Positions 18,810-27,063 are shown, counted from the stretch's first letter. The stretch is 36,347 bases of DNA from a virus (IMGVR_UViG_3300034072_000197:1-36347), one strand, 5' to 3'. The notes: generated by a model from the sequence alone, not told the origin. Numbers and translations: made by a program.

Positions 18810-19289
18810 TCACTCCTGTTGCGCTTGTGCGCGGTACAGGGCCGCCAGGTCGTGGTGGCCCTTTTCTTCAGCCTGCTTTGCGGCGAACTCCAGACCGGCG
18901 CGGAAGCCGTCTGCACCGTTATCTGCCATGTCTGCGGCCTGATAGCCGCCAGCGGTTTTCTGTTTTCCTCCCAGAGCTGGTTCGTATGTCAATTCAAAAA
19001 TATCGGGCTTGCAGGAGTACAACTCACCCTGGACGCCGCGAATGATCCAGTCGCCCCAGGAGACAAGGTGCGCACCTTCCAGCGTTTGGATGCATAAGAC
19101 ATCGGGAAGCGGCGCGTCCATGTTCTGGCGAAACAGTGCGCCCGGCTCGCCCTCGTTCTTGTTCCACGCCTCGTTCAGCCACTCAGGCCATTCACGGTTG
19201 TCCATGCGACGCTCTTGCGTCATCTGGAACGCCTCAATAACTACTGGCTTTTTGGAAAATTTCAGTACCGCAATACCTTCGTTACTCAT
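18810..19289 (-). CDS. Conserved phage hypothetical protein (KKPVVIEA...TLEG...GDWIIRGVQGE.Y.CKPDIF family)
   Basis: Recognisable widespread phage motif set of unknown function. GAAGGGGA RBS before ATG 19289. Confidence 0.75.
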   Translation of the reverse strand: MSNEGIAVLKFSKKPVVIEAFQMTQERRMDNREWPEWLNEAWNKNEGEPGALFRQNMDAPLPDVLCIQTLEGAHLVSWGDWIIRGVQGELYSCKPDIFELTYEPALGGKQKTAGGYQAADMADNGADGFRAGLEFAAKQAEEKGHHDLAALYRAQAQQE

Positions 19290-19563
19290 CGTCATTCCCC
19301 TTCAGAGCCTGAATCTGCTCATCGGTCAGGTTGAGAATCTGCTGTATCTTCAGCCACACCTCGCGGCGGCCTTCAGCCACAGCAGTCGCATGCGTGTCGA
19401 TGTGGCCGTCCTTGGCCACGATCACGCAACTCGTGTCGGCCCGGCAGAACTCGCGCAGCTCATCGAGGATCGGCCTCGACTGCACGGGGTCTGTCTTGCC
19501 CTTGAGGAACACGGCGCGCGCGGAGTGGCGCAGCGCCCAGATTTTCGTGAACAGGTCTTCCAT
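19282..19563 (-). CDS. Bbp19-like head-module protein
   Basis: ILDELREFC...DTHATAVAEGRREVWLKIQQILNLT, located between portal and scaffold. Confidence 0.75.
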   Translation of the reverse strand: MEDLFTKIWALRHSARAVFLKGKTDPVQSRPILDELREFCRADTSCVIVAKDGHIDTHATAVAEGRREVWLKIQQILNLTDEQIQALKGNDDE

Positions 19564-19736
19564 CAGTGCAGCACCCGGTTGTTGAACTGCTCATGGAGCT
19601 TGTCCCGTAGGTTTTCCATTGCCTCGACCTCGCTGGCGCCATCGCCTACCAGGTCAGGCATGTCCTCGAAAACAGCGTGCCACCGGCCAGCCATGTCGGC
19701 GACCGGGGCGATTTCAACGTCCAAAAGGACGTTCAT
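19563..19736 (-). CDS. 57-aa HicB-like protein (not in the ORF track)
   Basis: MNVLLDVEIAPVADMAGRWHAVFEDMPDLVGDGASEVEAMENLRDKLHEQFNNRVLH. Fills the gap after the portal stop and overlaps the next start (TGATG). W.A.F.D.P....G.S..EA..NL resembles the HicB N-terminal domain. Confidence 0.55.
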   Translation of the reverse strand: MNVLLDVEIAPVADMAGRWHAVFEDMPDLVGDGASEVEAMENLRDKLHEQFNNRVLH

Positions 19737-19746
19737 GGTTGTTGGC

Positions 19747-21402
19747 TCATGGCTGTGGAAGGATGGACGGATCGTTCGGCATGCCCTGCGCGAGTGCGCT
19801 GGCTTGTGCCAGATCCTTGGCAGCCGATGCGGCTACCGGCGCGGCCTGCAGCACCTGCTCCATCTGAGCCTGTGCCGCCATCTCGGAGTCGATGGCCGCC
19901 ATTTCCTCGTCGCTGTACAGCACCTTGGCAGGCACGCCGTTCACATCGAAGATCACTTTCGCGGCCTCGTCCACGTTGATGCGCTTGTACGCCTGCGGGC
20001 CAAGCGTCTGGGCCAGCGGCGCCAACTGCTCGACGGATCGCAGGATGGCCACACCTTCCTCGGCACGGCGGGCACGCTCCAGCGGGCTGGTGTACTCGAC
20101 CTCCAGATAGCCAGCCTGCACCAGCTTCTCGGGCTTCGGCGGCAACTGTCCTGCGTCCTCCAGAATCTGGAGTTCACGGGTAATCATCGGGTTCAGGAAC
20201 TCGCTCTCGGTGCGGCTTGCGGTTGGCGCCAGCAGTGCGCCCTTTTCCTGCGCGCGCAGCATGGCCTCGGTGGCCGTCATGGACGGGTTGTCCACGAGTA
20301 TCTGGAACAGCGTGTTCCACAGCGCGTCGTTCACCACTTGGCGCTTTTGCTCCATCATCTCCAGAGAGATCGGCAGGTTCTCGCCAAACTGCATGGGCTG
20401 GATCATCTGGCGGCCCTGCTCGTCCACACCGCCGTAGTTGATCGCTGCAGGCGTCAGGCGAATGGCGTCCAGAATGCCGTCACGGTGAGCCAGCAGCGGC
20501 GGCAGGACTGCGAGCTGCGCAGCCTGGATCGTCGTGCGGTTCATCTCGTTGAGCATCTTCACGTCGGGCAGCACGGTCATCAGCGGGCTTCGGCCATAGA
20601 CCTCGCCGGGCGTGACGGTGTAGCGGCCAACGCAGTACGGGAAGGTGCGGAACCCGCCCTCCTCCATGATCGTGCGGCTATCCACGGCGATGAAGTACGA
20701 CGCGAAGTCCATGCCCCGGTAGTCGGTGCGGCGCACATCCACATCGGTGCGCGGCTTGACGCAGTGCAGGAACGGGAACTCCTGATCGGGTTTGTTCTCG
20801 GCTGCCGTGCGGATGTTCGGCGGGCACTTGTCACCCCACTTCTGCATGGCCTGGCGCGCGGTCATCCACCAGTAGCGGTGAACCATGTCAACGACGCCGT
20901 ATTCGTTCTCCATGAAGAACAGCTGATCGACCGGCACGTTGCGGTAGAACAGCCCACGGCCAGGGCGCTCGCTGACGTACAGGCCCATGTTGCCGAACGC
21001 GCCTGCGTCGAAATAGCACTCGTGAACCTGGTTGTCGAAGTTCGCGGCATAGCGCGCAGCGAACAGGCGGCGGTTGACTTCATCGAGGTAGCGCTGGACT
21101 TCCATGTCCTCGCGCAGCTCCTCGTCCACCACCTTCAGCTTGTGCCACTCCTGATTGCGCGGCGTGACCAGCGAGTGAAAGGCCGACGCGAAGCGGTCCA
21201 GCGCCAGCGATGGCGTGGCATCGAAAATCTTCTCGGTGCGCTGCTTGCCCTTCGTCACCTGCGTGGTGTGGCGGCGTTTGAACTCAGCCTTGCGTGGCGC
21301 AGCACGCTCGGCGATCTCCTCCCACACCTGCTCGAAGTGCTCACGCTGCTGCACCATGCGGGCATGGATTTCGAGGATTTCGGTCGCGCGGCTGTCTGCC
21401 AT
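19747..21402 (-). CDS. Portal (head-tail connector, T7 gp8-like)
   Basis: KIFDATPSLALDRFAS, AFGNMGLY, GEVYGRSP, LPDVKMLN, MTATEAMLRAQEK and VEYTSPL. Confidence 0.92.
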   Translation of the reverse strand: MADSRATEILEIHARMVQQREHFEQVWEEIAERAAPRKAEFKRRHTTQVTKGKQRTEKIFDATPSLALDRFASAFHSLVTPRNQEWHKLKVVDEELREDMEVQRYLDEVNRRLFAARYAANFDNQVHECYFDAGAFGNMGLYVSERPGRGLFYRNVPVDQLFFMENEYGVVDMVHRYWWMTARQAMQKWGDKCPPNIRTAAENKPDQEFPFLHCVKPRTDVDVRRTDYRGMDFASYFIAVDSRTIMEEGGFRTFPYCVGRYTVTPGEVYGRSPLMTVLPDVKMLNEMNRTTIQAAQLAVLPPLLAHRDGILDAIRLTPAAINYGGVDEQGRQMIQPMQFGENLPISLEMMEQKRQVVNDALWNTLFQILVDNPSMTATEAMLRAQEKGALLAPTASRTESEFLNPMITRELQILEDAGQLPPKPEKLVQAGYLEVEYTSPLERARRAEEGVAILRSVEQLAPLAQTLGPQAYKRINVDEAAKVIFDVNGVPAKVLYSDEEMAAIDSEMAAQAQMEQVLQAAPVAASAAKDLAQASALAQGMPNDPSILPQP

Positions 21403-21403
21403 T

Positions 21404-21616
21404 TCAGTCACCCTTCAGGTATTTCTCGATGAGGCGAGCGTTCTGCAATAGCTCGGCCACAGTTGTTGCCTCCGTCGTGGCATTCGCCAATCCAAGTGCT
21501 GCGTTTATCGCATCGCATCTTACGCCATAAGGCGAAGGCTCACCCGTCTGCTCGACAGCAATGGCTACCGCCTCTTGCTGGTCAGCCAAAAACTTAGCGA
21601 GCCTCGACTCGGCCAT
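21404..21616 (-). CDS. Hypothetical protein (70 aa)
   Basis: ATG 21616 (MAESRLAKFLADQQEAV...) packs tightly between its neighbours. Confidence 0.55.
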   Translation of the reverse strand: MAESRLAKFLADQQEAVAIAVEQTGEPSPYGVRCDAINAALGLANATTEATTVAELLQNARLIEKYLKGD

Positions 21617-21617
21617 A

Positions 21618-21821
21618 TCACTCGCCCAAGAGCTGCTTGCCAGCCACAGAGCCAGCGGTCGTGCCCATCGAGCCGGTGCCGATGGTCGCCTGCGTTCCAC
21701 GGCGGCGGCGCATGATGTCAGCAGCTGTGCGGTCCACGATCTCCTGGTTCACGGTCGGCGTCTTGACCTCGGTGATGACCGGGGCGGGCGGTGCCTTGGG
21801 CTTCGAGAAAATTCCTGACAT
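21618..21821 (-). CDS. Small virion-associated protein preceding the portal
   Basis: MSGIFSKPKAPPAP...RRRRGTQATI...KQLLGE, a pattern common just upstream of T7-like portals. GAGG RBS. Confidence 0.75.
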   Translation of the reverse strand: MSGIFSKPKAPPAPVITEVKTPTVNQEIVDRTAADIMRRRRGTQATIGTGSMGTTAGSVAGKQLLGE

Positions 21822-21829
21822 GCTGGGCC

Positions 21830-23131
21830 TCACGAAAAAATGGCGTACTCGGTCTGAGCGCGCTGCTGAATATTCGCTGCGGATTCTCGCACAGGGGCTG
21901 CAAACGTCAAAGCAAGGGCGTCTCCCAGGTCAGGTGAAGGCAAGCCTCTGGCCTTGATGTCGTCTTTCGACTCAAGCTGGATTTTGTCAGAAGCCGTGAA
22001 CCGATACGTTGGCGCGGCCAGATCCTGCTTGAGCGACAGGTCGTTCACGATGCAGCCGCCAGCGCGAATCCAGTCGCGCACCTTGAACCACATCTCAGCC
22101 CGCCGATTGGCGAAACGCGAGTCAGACGGCGATCCTCCGAACGGAACCTCGCTGACCCGGTGGCGCAACTGGCGTAGGCGGTCAATGACTCCAGCGCCGT
22201 TACCGGCGTCGATGAACACAGCGGCGGGCTGCAGTTCGTCAATGGCCTCGGCCACACGGTCAGCCAGGCTCATGTTGTCGATGCCGCGATAGACGCGCGG
22301 CTTCATCATCTGCAGGCCACGGCGCGGCACGATCACGCTGCGGTCTCCACCAAAGCGCGCGGGGTCAACACCCAGCACGATGGGCGACAGGCGAATGTCC
22401 GCAGGCTGCATCTCGCGGCGTGCGGCATCCTCAATCTCGGCAAGGCTCATGAGCTGGTCGTCGCCAGATGCGGAGAAGTCGCACAGCATCTCGCGGGCGA
22501 ACGACTGTTCGGATGAATCCTGCTTGATGCGGGCCACCTCGTCAGCATCCAACGCATTCGTGTCGTACACGGTGAAGCGCGCGGCGTGCCAGCCCTCGCG
22601 GCCATCAATGGCCTTGAAGAACAGGTCCGAGAACAGGTTCAGGCCGTTTGGCGTGCCGATGAACAGCGCCCAGCCTTTACGGTCGGCCAGCGCGGGCTGC
22701 AGGATGTCCTCCCACGTCTCTGGCTTGACCTGGGCCACCTCGTCAACCACCACGCCGTCAAGGCGCACACCACGCATCGCGTCTGGGTTGTCTGCACCGT
22801 AGATGCGGATGGTCGCTCCGTTGTGCGTAAACCGCACAAACAGTTCGGACTCGTTGATCTCGCACAGCTTGGCCGACAGGAGCGGTGCGCAACGCTGCTT
22901 CAGTCGCTGCCAGGCGATGATCTTGGCCTGCTTGAGCAGCGGCGCCACGTAGAAAAACAGGCCCAGATCCTGCTTGAAGTTCAACGCGGCGTTGACCAGC
23001 TCCATGATCGCCACCTCGGACTTACCGCCACGGCGATGCACGGCCACCACGGTGAAGCGCTTGCGCTGCAGGTGGACCTGCGCCTGCCACTGGCGAGGCT
23101 GGTAGCCGAGATCAATCGTTCGGGGCTGCAT
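21830..23131 (-). CDS. terL: Terminase large subunit
   Basis: YQPRQWQ, Walker A-like HRRGGKS, GADNPDAMRG, VVVDE, FIGTPNG, RNase H-like LGVDPARFGGDRS and SPDLGDALALTFA. Confidence 0.95.
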   Translation of the reverse strand: MQPRTIDLGYQPRQWQAQVHLQRKRFTVVAVHRRGGKSEVAIMELVNAALNFKQDLGLFFYVAPLLKQAKIIAWQRLKQRCAPLLSAKLCEINESELFVRFTHNGATIRIYGADNPDAMRGVRLDGVVVDEVAQVKPETWEDILQPALADRKGWALFIGTPNGLNLFSDLFFKAIDGREGWHAARFTVYDTNALDADEVARIKQDSSEQSFAREMLCDFSASGDDQLMSLAEIEDAARREMQPADIRLSPIVLGVDPARFGGDRSVIVPRRGLQMMKPRVYRGIDNMSLADRVAEAIDELQPAAVFIDAGNGAGVIDRLRQLRHRVSEVPFGGSPSDSRFANRRAEMWFKVRDWIRAGGCIVNDLSLKQDLAAPTYRFTASDKIQLESKDDIKARGLPSPDLGDALALTFAAPVRESAANIQQRAQTEYAIFS

Positions 23132-23417
23132 CGGGTGCCATAGGAATGCCGGTGACGATCACCATCGGGCCGCCTTCATGGCCAGAGTGCTGCACGGTCA
23201 TGGGAAGCACCTTGCCGACCAGCGACATGAACGCAGCAGGGTTCTCGTCAGCCTGCCTCTGCAGGTACTCAGCCCCGCCAGCGCCATCGAGCGCTTGCAG
23301 GATCATGTCCTTGAGCTGGCCGTTGACCTTATTGGGCACACCTTTTGGGCGCCCCTTGCCAGCGTTGGGTGGACGGCGGTTTTCAGTAGCGCTCAGTACT
23401 TTGCTGTCTTTGCTCAT
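23112..23417 (-). CDS. terS: Terminase small subunit
   Basis: GKGRPKGVPNK...LKDMILQALDGAGGAEYL...NPAAFMSLVGKVLP, directly upstream of terL. Confidence 0.8.
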   Translation of the reverse strand: MSKDSKVLSATENRRPPNAGKGRPKGVPNKVNGQLKDMILQALDGAGGAEYLQRQADENPAAFMSLVGKVLPMTVQHSGHEGGPMVIVTGIPMAPDAAPND

Positions 23418-23420
23418 GGT

Positions 23421-23693
23421 TTACTTTCCCCGCGAAGCCGCCAATTCAGCCCCACAAGCCGCGTAGCCAGCAAGGTCAACCCAGTTGTCATCGTGCGCTG
23501 GATTTTGGCTCAAACGCCCGATTTTCAGTAGCGCCAGCATCGCGGCCACGTCGTGCGGCTTCACATCGGCGCGCATGTAGGCCGACCACAGTTCAGCAAC
23601 GACGCCGAACGTGTTCTCGGGTGCGCCATGCTCGACGTTGCGATCACGCAACACGCACTCGGCGGCTCGCTCCAGGGTTTGCTTGCGGTCCAT
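23421..23693 (-). CDS. DUF6378-like protein
   Basis: ATG 23693. LERAAECVLRDR..HGAPENTF..VAELWSAY, DVAAMLALLKIGR and HDDNWVDLAGYAACG. Confidence 0.75.
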   Translation of the reverse strand: MDRKQTLERAAECVLRDRNVEHGAPENTFGVVAELWSAYMRADVKPHDVAAMLALLKIGRLSQNPAHDDNWVDLAGYAACGAELAASRGK

Positions 23694-23700
23694 GTTGAGG

Positions 23701-23730
23701 ATTCTACAAAAGGTGTGAGGTTTTCGCAAC
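23701..23730 (-). promoter_or_regulatory. Sigma70-like promoter of the packaging operon, overlapped by an operator-like motif (leaderless transcript)
   Basis: Minus strand TTGCGA-N17-TAGAAT-N7-ATG. Confidence 0.6.
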
Positions 23731-24000
23731 AACGCCGAAATGCTGTCGGGGCTCGTCCGAGCCGAAGTACACATGGCAGGCATCGATGGCGCCAGGGTTC
23801 TCGCGGCAGTATCGGTTCTCCAGTTCGGACCGTGCCATCAGCAAAGCCTTGCGAGCCCGATCCAGCGACTTGCGTTCCGCCGAAGTGTAGCCATAGGCCC
23901 GCGAGATGATGGCCGACAGCCTCACCAGTTCACGATCAACCGCCAGCAGATCAGTGCCTGCCTGGTGGTGCTGCTCAACGTTCATTGGTTCTCGTTTCAT
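23704..24000 (-). CDS. Hypothetical protein
   Basis: 98 aa with GGAG RBS upstream, co-oriented with neighbours. Confidence 0.6.
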   Translation of the reverse strand: MKREPMNVEQHHQAGTDLLAVDRELVRLSAIISRAYGYTSAERKSLDRARKALLMARSELENRYCRENPGAIDACHVYFGSDEPRQHFGVVAKTSHLL

Positions 24001-24027
24001 AGGTTCTCCGAAGTATCATTTTTATCT

Positions 24028-24310
24028 GCTGACATTGTGGCTTACGTGCGCGAATAAATATTTCCCAAAAAAAATGGAGGAGTAGAGAAAAAAAGCTATC
24101 TGTCTTTCGCACACAAGCCACAATGTCAACATTTTGGGGTGAAAACGGGTGTTTGTTGACATTGTTGACGCTTTCAGGCTCATCCGCGAAACGCATCTGA
24201 GATGTGTTCACGAGCCTTCAAACGGCGCTTTCGCTCGTCCTCGGCCATGTTTTTGAACGTCTGGTGGACCTCCGGATTGACGAAAAACTCAGAATGTTGA
24301 CGTTGTTGAC
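24028..24310. repeat. Putative replication origin: inverted repeat around an A-rich spacer plus GTTGAC iteron-like copies
   Basis: 23-bp arms 24028-24050/24108-24130 (3 mismatches; perfect 14-bp core TGACATTGTGGCTT) flank A-tracts. GTTGACRTTGTTGAC occurs at 24155-24169 and 24296-24310. Lies at the primase 3' end. Confidence 0.6.
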
Positions 24311-26759
24311 TGAACGTTTCGACGTGTGGAGCGATCCAGCCGTAGTCCTCCAGGGCTTTCAGAACCCGCTGGCGGCGCCATTGATCCATGCCTCGCCACT
24401 GCCGATAGGCACTCACCAGGTCGCGGTTCTTGAGTACCTGAACCTCCTTGGCGAGTATGTATACGGCAATCCAGCGAACGTGTTCCAGGTCGGATGCCGA
24501 TCCCAGAATGTCGGTGTAATACGACAGCGCGTGGGGCAGTAGGAACTTGCGCATCAGGGTTTCCACGCGCTCGGCGGTGGCGCCTGAAACCTGCTGAGTG
24601 GTGGGGTAAACCGAGCGGCTGGCGCACTCGATGGTGTGAAAAGTCAGCAGCAGGCGGGCGAACAGGCCAGCCCATTTGCCAAGGTGGGACTTCAGACCGC
24701 CAGGCAGTGAGCCGAAGGTGATGAGCTCGTTGGCGAACTCGGTGATGCGCTCGCGGACAATGTGGGCAGGCTCAGAGAGGGTGACGACCTCGCCGCTGGG
24801 CACGATGGAATGCAGATGGTCGATGAGCTGGCCGTAGGCGCGCTTGACTTCGGCGTCCTCTGGGCGGTCCTGCTCACCTCCTGAGTTCTCGCCCATGATG
24901 ACCATGAAGCGCTGCATCAGGCCGTCTTCACCCATGTTGGCGGCCACGCGCTTTATCATGTCGGGCTGGATGCCGCCGACCATGCAGGCCGACCAGTTCG
25001 GAATGCTGACGTTGCCACGCATCACGCGATCCACCATGCGGTGCCCGCCGTTGTAGATCTCCAGCCAGTGAGCACGGTCCTTGTTGGCGCCCTTGCCGCC
25101 GTTGTAGGCATCCATGCTGCCGAACCAGCCCGTTAGTTCGTCCTGCACACAGAGAACGCCACGGCTGTTGTGCTTCAGGATCTCGGACAACGCCTCAATG
25201 GTCACGTCCTCCACGATCAGCCGCTCAAGCGTGGGCTGCTCTGGCGGTTGTGGCACGGGTTCCTCGTTGCGCTTGGCGGCCTTCTTTTCCTCTTTCCAGG
25301 CTTCGAGCTGCTGCTGGTACGCGCCCAACTTCTTCTCGTTGTCCTCGCACAGATCCTTGTTGATCTTCTTCAGGCGGGAGATCGCGCGCTTGAGGCTGGG
25401 CGACTTGCGCACGGACGGCGCGCCGACAATGGCGCACCACAGGCGGGCAGACTCGCGCCAACCAGTTTCATGGCGCTTGGGTTGAATCTCCAGGCCATCA
25501 TGGATCACAGCAGCGCAGGCCACCAGCGCAGGGATTGCGATCATGGCTGGAGACACACCCAGCAGCGCAGCCTGGTCGAACGCATACGCCTCAATAACCT
25601 CGGGCAGCATGCCGGGCCGCAGGGCTGGCACGGGCGTCTCGGCAAACAGGTTCAGCGGCGCACTCCACTGGGTTTCGACAGACTCACCGATGGGTTCGTA
25701 GTCGGGCACGGAGTCTGGTTCGTGTTCGGGTTCATCGACTGGCGCCAGATCGCTCGGCGGCTTCGGGTCTTCAAAGCACATCCGCACAGCGTCCAAGCCT
25801 TCGGCCACATGCAGGTCGTTGAAGTCCGTGCCGTTGCCACGGTCCACAGCCCACAGCGGCACAGCAACCAGCGCGTTCACCTGCGTGGCGGCATCGATCG
25901 CAGCTGCCATACCGGGATTGCCCTCGGTGAATGCATCGTCGTCTGCCGCGATCACGATGCTGGCCGTCGGCAGGGCTGCACGGATCTTCTTGGCAACATG
26001 CTCCAGGTTTCCGGAGTCGAACGCCACGACGGTGCAGAACCCCGTGGCCATATGGATCGACACACCCGTGGCGTAGCCCTCGCAGATCACCAGAGTGCCA
26101 TTGCGGTCAGGCTTGCCCAGCGTGGTGTATGCGCCCAGCTTCGGCGTGCCGGTCAGGTATTTTTTGGTGCCATCCGCGTGGATGACCTGCAGGCCGACCA
26201 GTGCGCCGGGGCCGTGGCGCAGCGGCACGAGGAGCATATCGCGCAGCGTGCGGGCGCCGATGCCTGAGAGCTGCTTGCGGGCCAGGTAGTTGTGGGAGCG
26301 CTCCTCTGCCGGGTGTGCTGCAGCCCACATCTTGGCGGCCTTGGCTGCGGCTTCAGCGGCCAGGCGCTCGTCCTCGGCCTGCTCCTCTTGCAACCGTTGT
26401 TCTCGCGCAACACGGCGGCGCTCGACTTCAGCAGGATCGATGGGCTTGCGGTCAGTCTCTGAGGGTTTCCAGCCGCCTTCCTTGGCCAGCGACACCAGCG
26501 TGCCAATGGACGCCTTGCGCGATGAGCCGGAGGAACGGCAGGACTTCCACACGTCACGAGCTGCGCGCGCGTCGTAGTTGCCAGCCGACTGGCTCCACTG
26601 GTCCCACGCATCGAATGCAACCTCGCCGAACTCGTCTTTCAGGACGAATGCGAGCTTCACCCATGTGTCGCGGTCCTCTACGCCGCGAACGTAGGACAGC
26701 ATGCGCTCTGCCGTCTCCAGAGAGATGGGGTCACGCGACCCCTGTGTGTTCTTATTCAT
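24180..26759 (-). CDS. Primase-helicase: PriCT-2 + TOPRIM + DUF3987 (YfjI-like) P-loop domain
   Basis: DRDTWVKLAFVLK...WDQWSQSAGNYD (PriCT-2); ICEGYATG, VVAFDSGNL, IAADDD and TDFNDL (TOPRIM); GAPSVRKS, EDVTIEAL, QDEL, GGIQP and DGLMQRF (DUF3987). Start set at ATG 26759. Confidence 0.88.
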   Translation of the reverse strand: MNKNTQGSRDPISLETAERMLSYVRGVEDRDTWVKLAFVLKDEFGEVAFDAWDQWSQSAGNYDARAARDVWKSCRSSGSSRKASIGTLVSLAKEGGWKPSETDRKPIDPAEVERRRVAREQRLQEEQAEDERLAAEAAAKAAKMWAAAHPAEERSHNYLARKQLSGIGARTLRDMLLVPLRHGPGALVGLQVIHADGTKKYLTGTPKLGAYTTLGKPDRNGTLVICEGYATGVSIHMATGFCTVVAFDSGNLEHVAKKIRAALPTASIVIAADDDAFTEGNPGMAAAIDAATQVNALVAVPLWAVDRGNGTDFNDLHVAEGLDAVRMCFEDPKPPSDLAPVDEPEHEPDSVPDYEPIGESVETQWSAPLNLFAETPVPALRPGMLPEVIEAYAFDQAALLGVSPAMIAIPALVACAAVIHDGLEIQPKRHETGWRESARLWCAIVGAPSVRKSPSLKRAISRLKKINKDLCEDNEKKLGAYQQQLEAWKEEKKAAKRNEEPVPQPPEQPTLERLIVEDVTIEALSEILKHNSRGVLCVQDELTGWFGSMDAYNGGKGANKDRAHWLEIYNGGHRMVDRVMRGNVSIPNWSACMVGGIQPDMIKRVAANMGEDGLMQRFMVIMGENSGGEQDRPEDAEVKRAYGQLIDHLHSIVPSGEVVTLSEPAHIVRERITEFANELITFGSLPGGLKSHLGKWAGLFARLLLTFHTIECASRSVYPTTQQVSGATAERVETLMRKFLLPHALSYYTDILGSASDLEHVRWIAVYILAKEVQVLKNRDLVSAYRQWRGMDQWRRQRVLKALEDYGWIAPHVETFSQQRQHSEFFVNPEVHQTFKNMAEDERKRRLKAREHISDAFRG

Positions 26760-26789
26760 GCCCTGGTCAATGAACTGGCGACGAAAGGT

Positions 26790-26847
26790 GGGGCGGGCCT
26801 CGCCAGGGTCGGCCCTTGTCATTCGGTAGCTAGCCGGATCAAGCCCC
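26790..26847 (-). ncRNA. Putative cloverleaf (three-way junction) leader RNA upstream of the primase, c4/CI-antisense-like architecture
   Basis: Outer stem GGGGC/GCCCC, hairpin AUCCGG-CUAGCUA-CCGAAU, linker GACAA, hairpin GGGCC-GACCCUGGCGA-GGCCC. TATACT -10 box at 26859-26854 would start transcription at about its 5' end. Confidence 0.5.
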
Positions 26848-26894
26848 GGAATCAGTATAAGCGAATTTTCTGTGGTGATGCGAAATTCTCAACG

Positions 26895-27011
26895 TCAAAA
26901 CGGCGCATCGGGGAGATTCGGCGGCGTACGCGGCTGGCGCTTTGGTTTGTACGGCACAGGCTTATAGACCGGGAACGGCCAGTTGTTGGGTGCGGGGTGC
27001 GGGTAGTTCAT
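26895..27011 (-). CDS. 38-aa proline-rich peptide (not in the ORF track)
   Basis: MNYPHPAPNNWPFPVYKPVPYKPKRQPRTPPNLPDAPF. Fills an intergenic gap; TACAAT lies 6 nt before the ATG and there is no SD. Confidence 0.55.
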   Translation of the reverse strand: MNYPHPAPNNWPFPVYKPVPYKPKRQPRTPPNLPDAPF

Positions 27012-27063
27012 GCTGTGATTGTATGCGTTTAACTCAACACAACAGAATGCCCACGCAGAACAC

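Noticed and set aside
19009-21432. 807-aa plus-strand ORF
   Set aside because: Antisense to the portal and neighbouring genes, with shadow-like composition and no motifs.
23975-24211. 78-aa minus-strand ORF after the primase
   Set aside because: It crosses the inverted repeats and A/T tracts and yields a low-complexity Phe-rich sequence. An origin is the better explanation.
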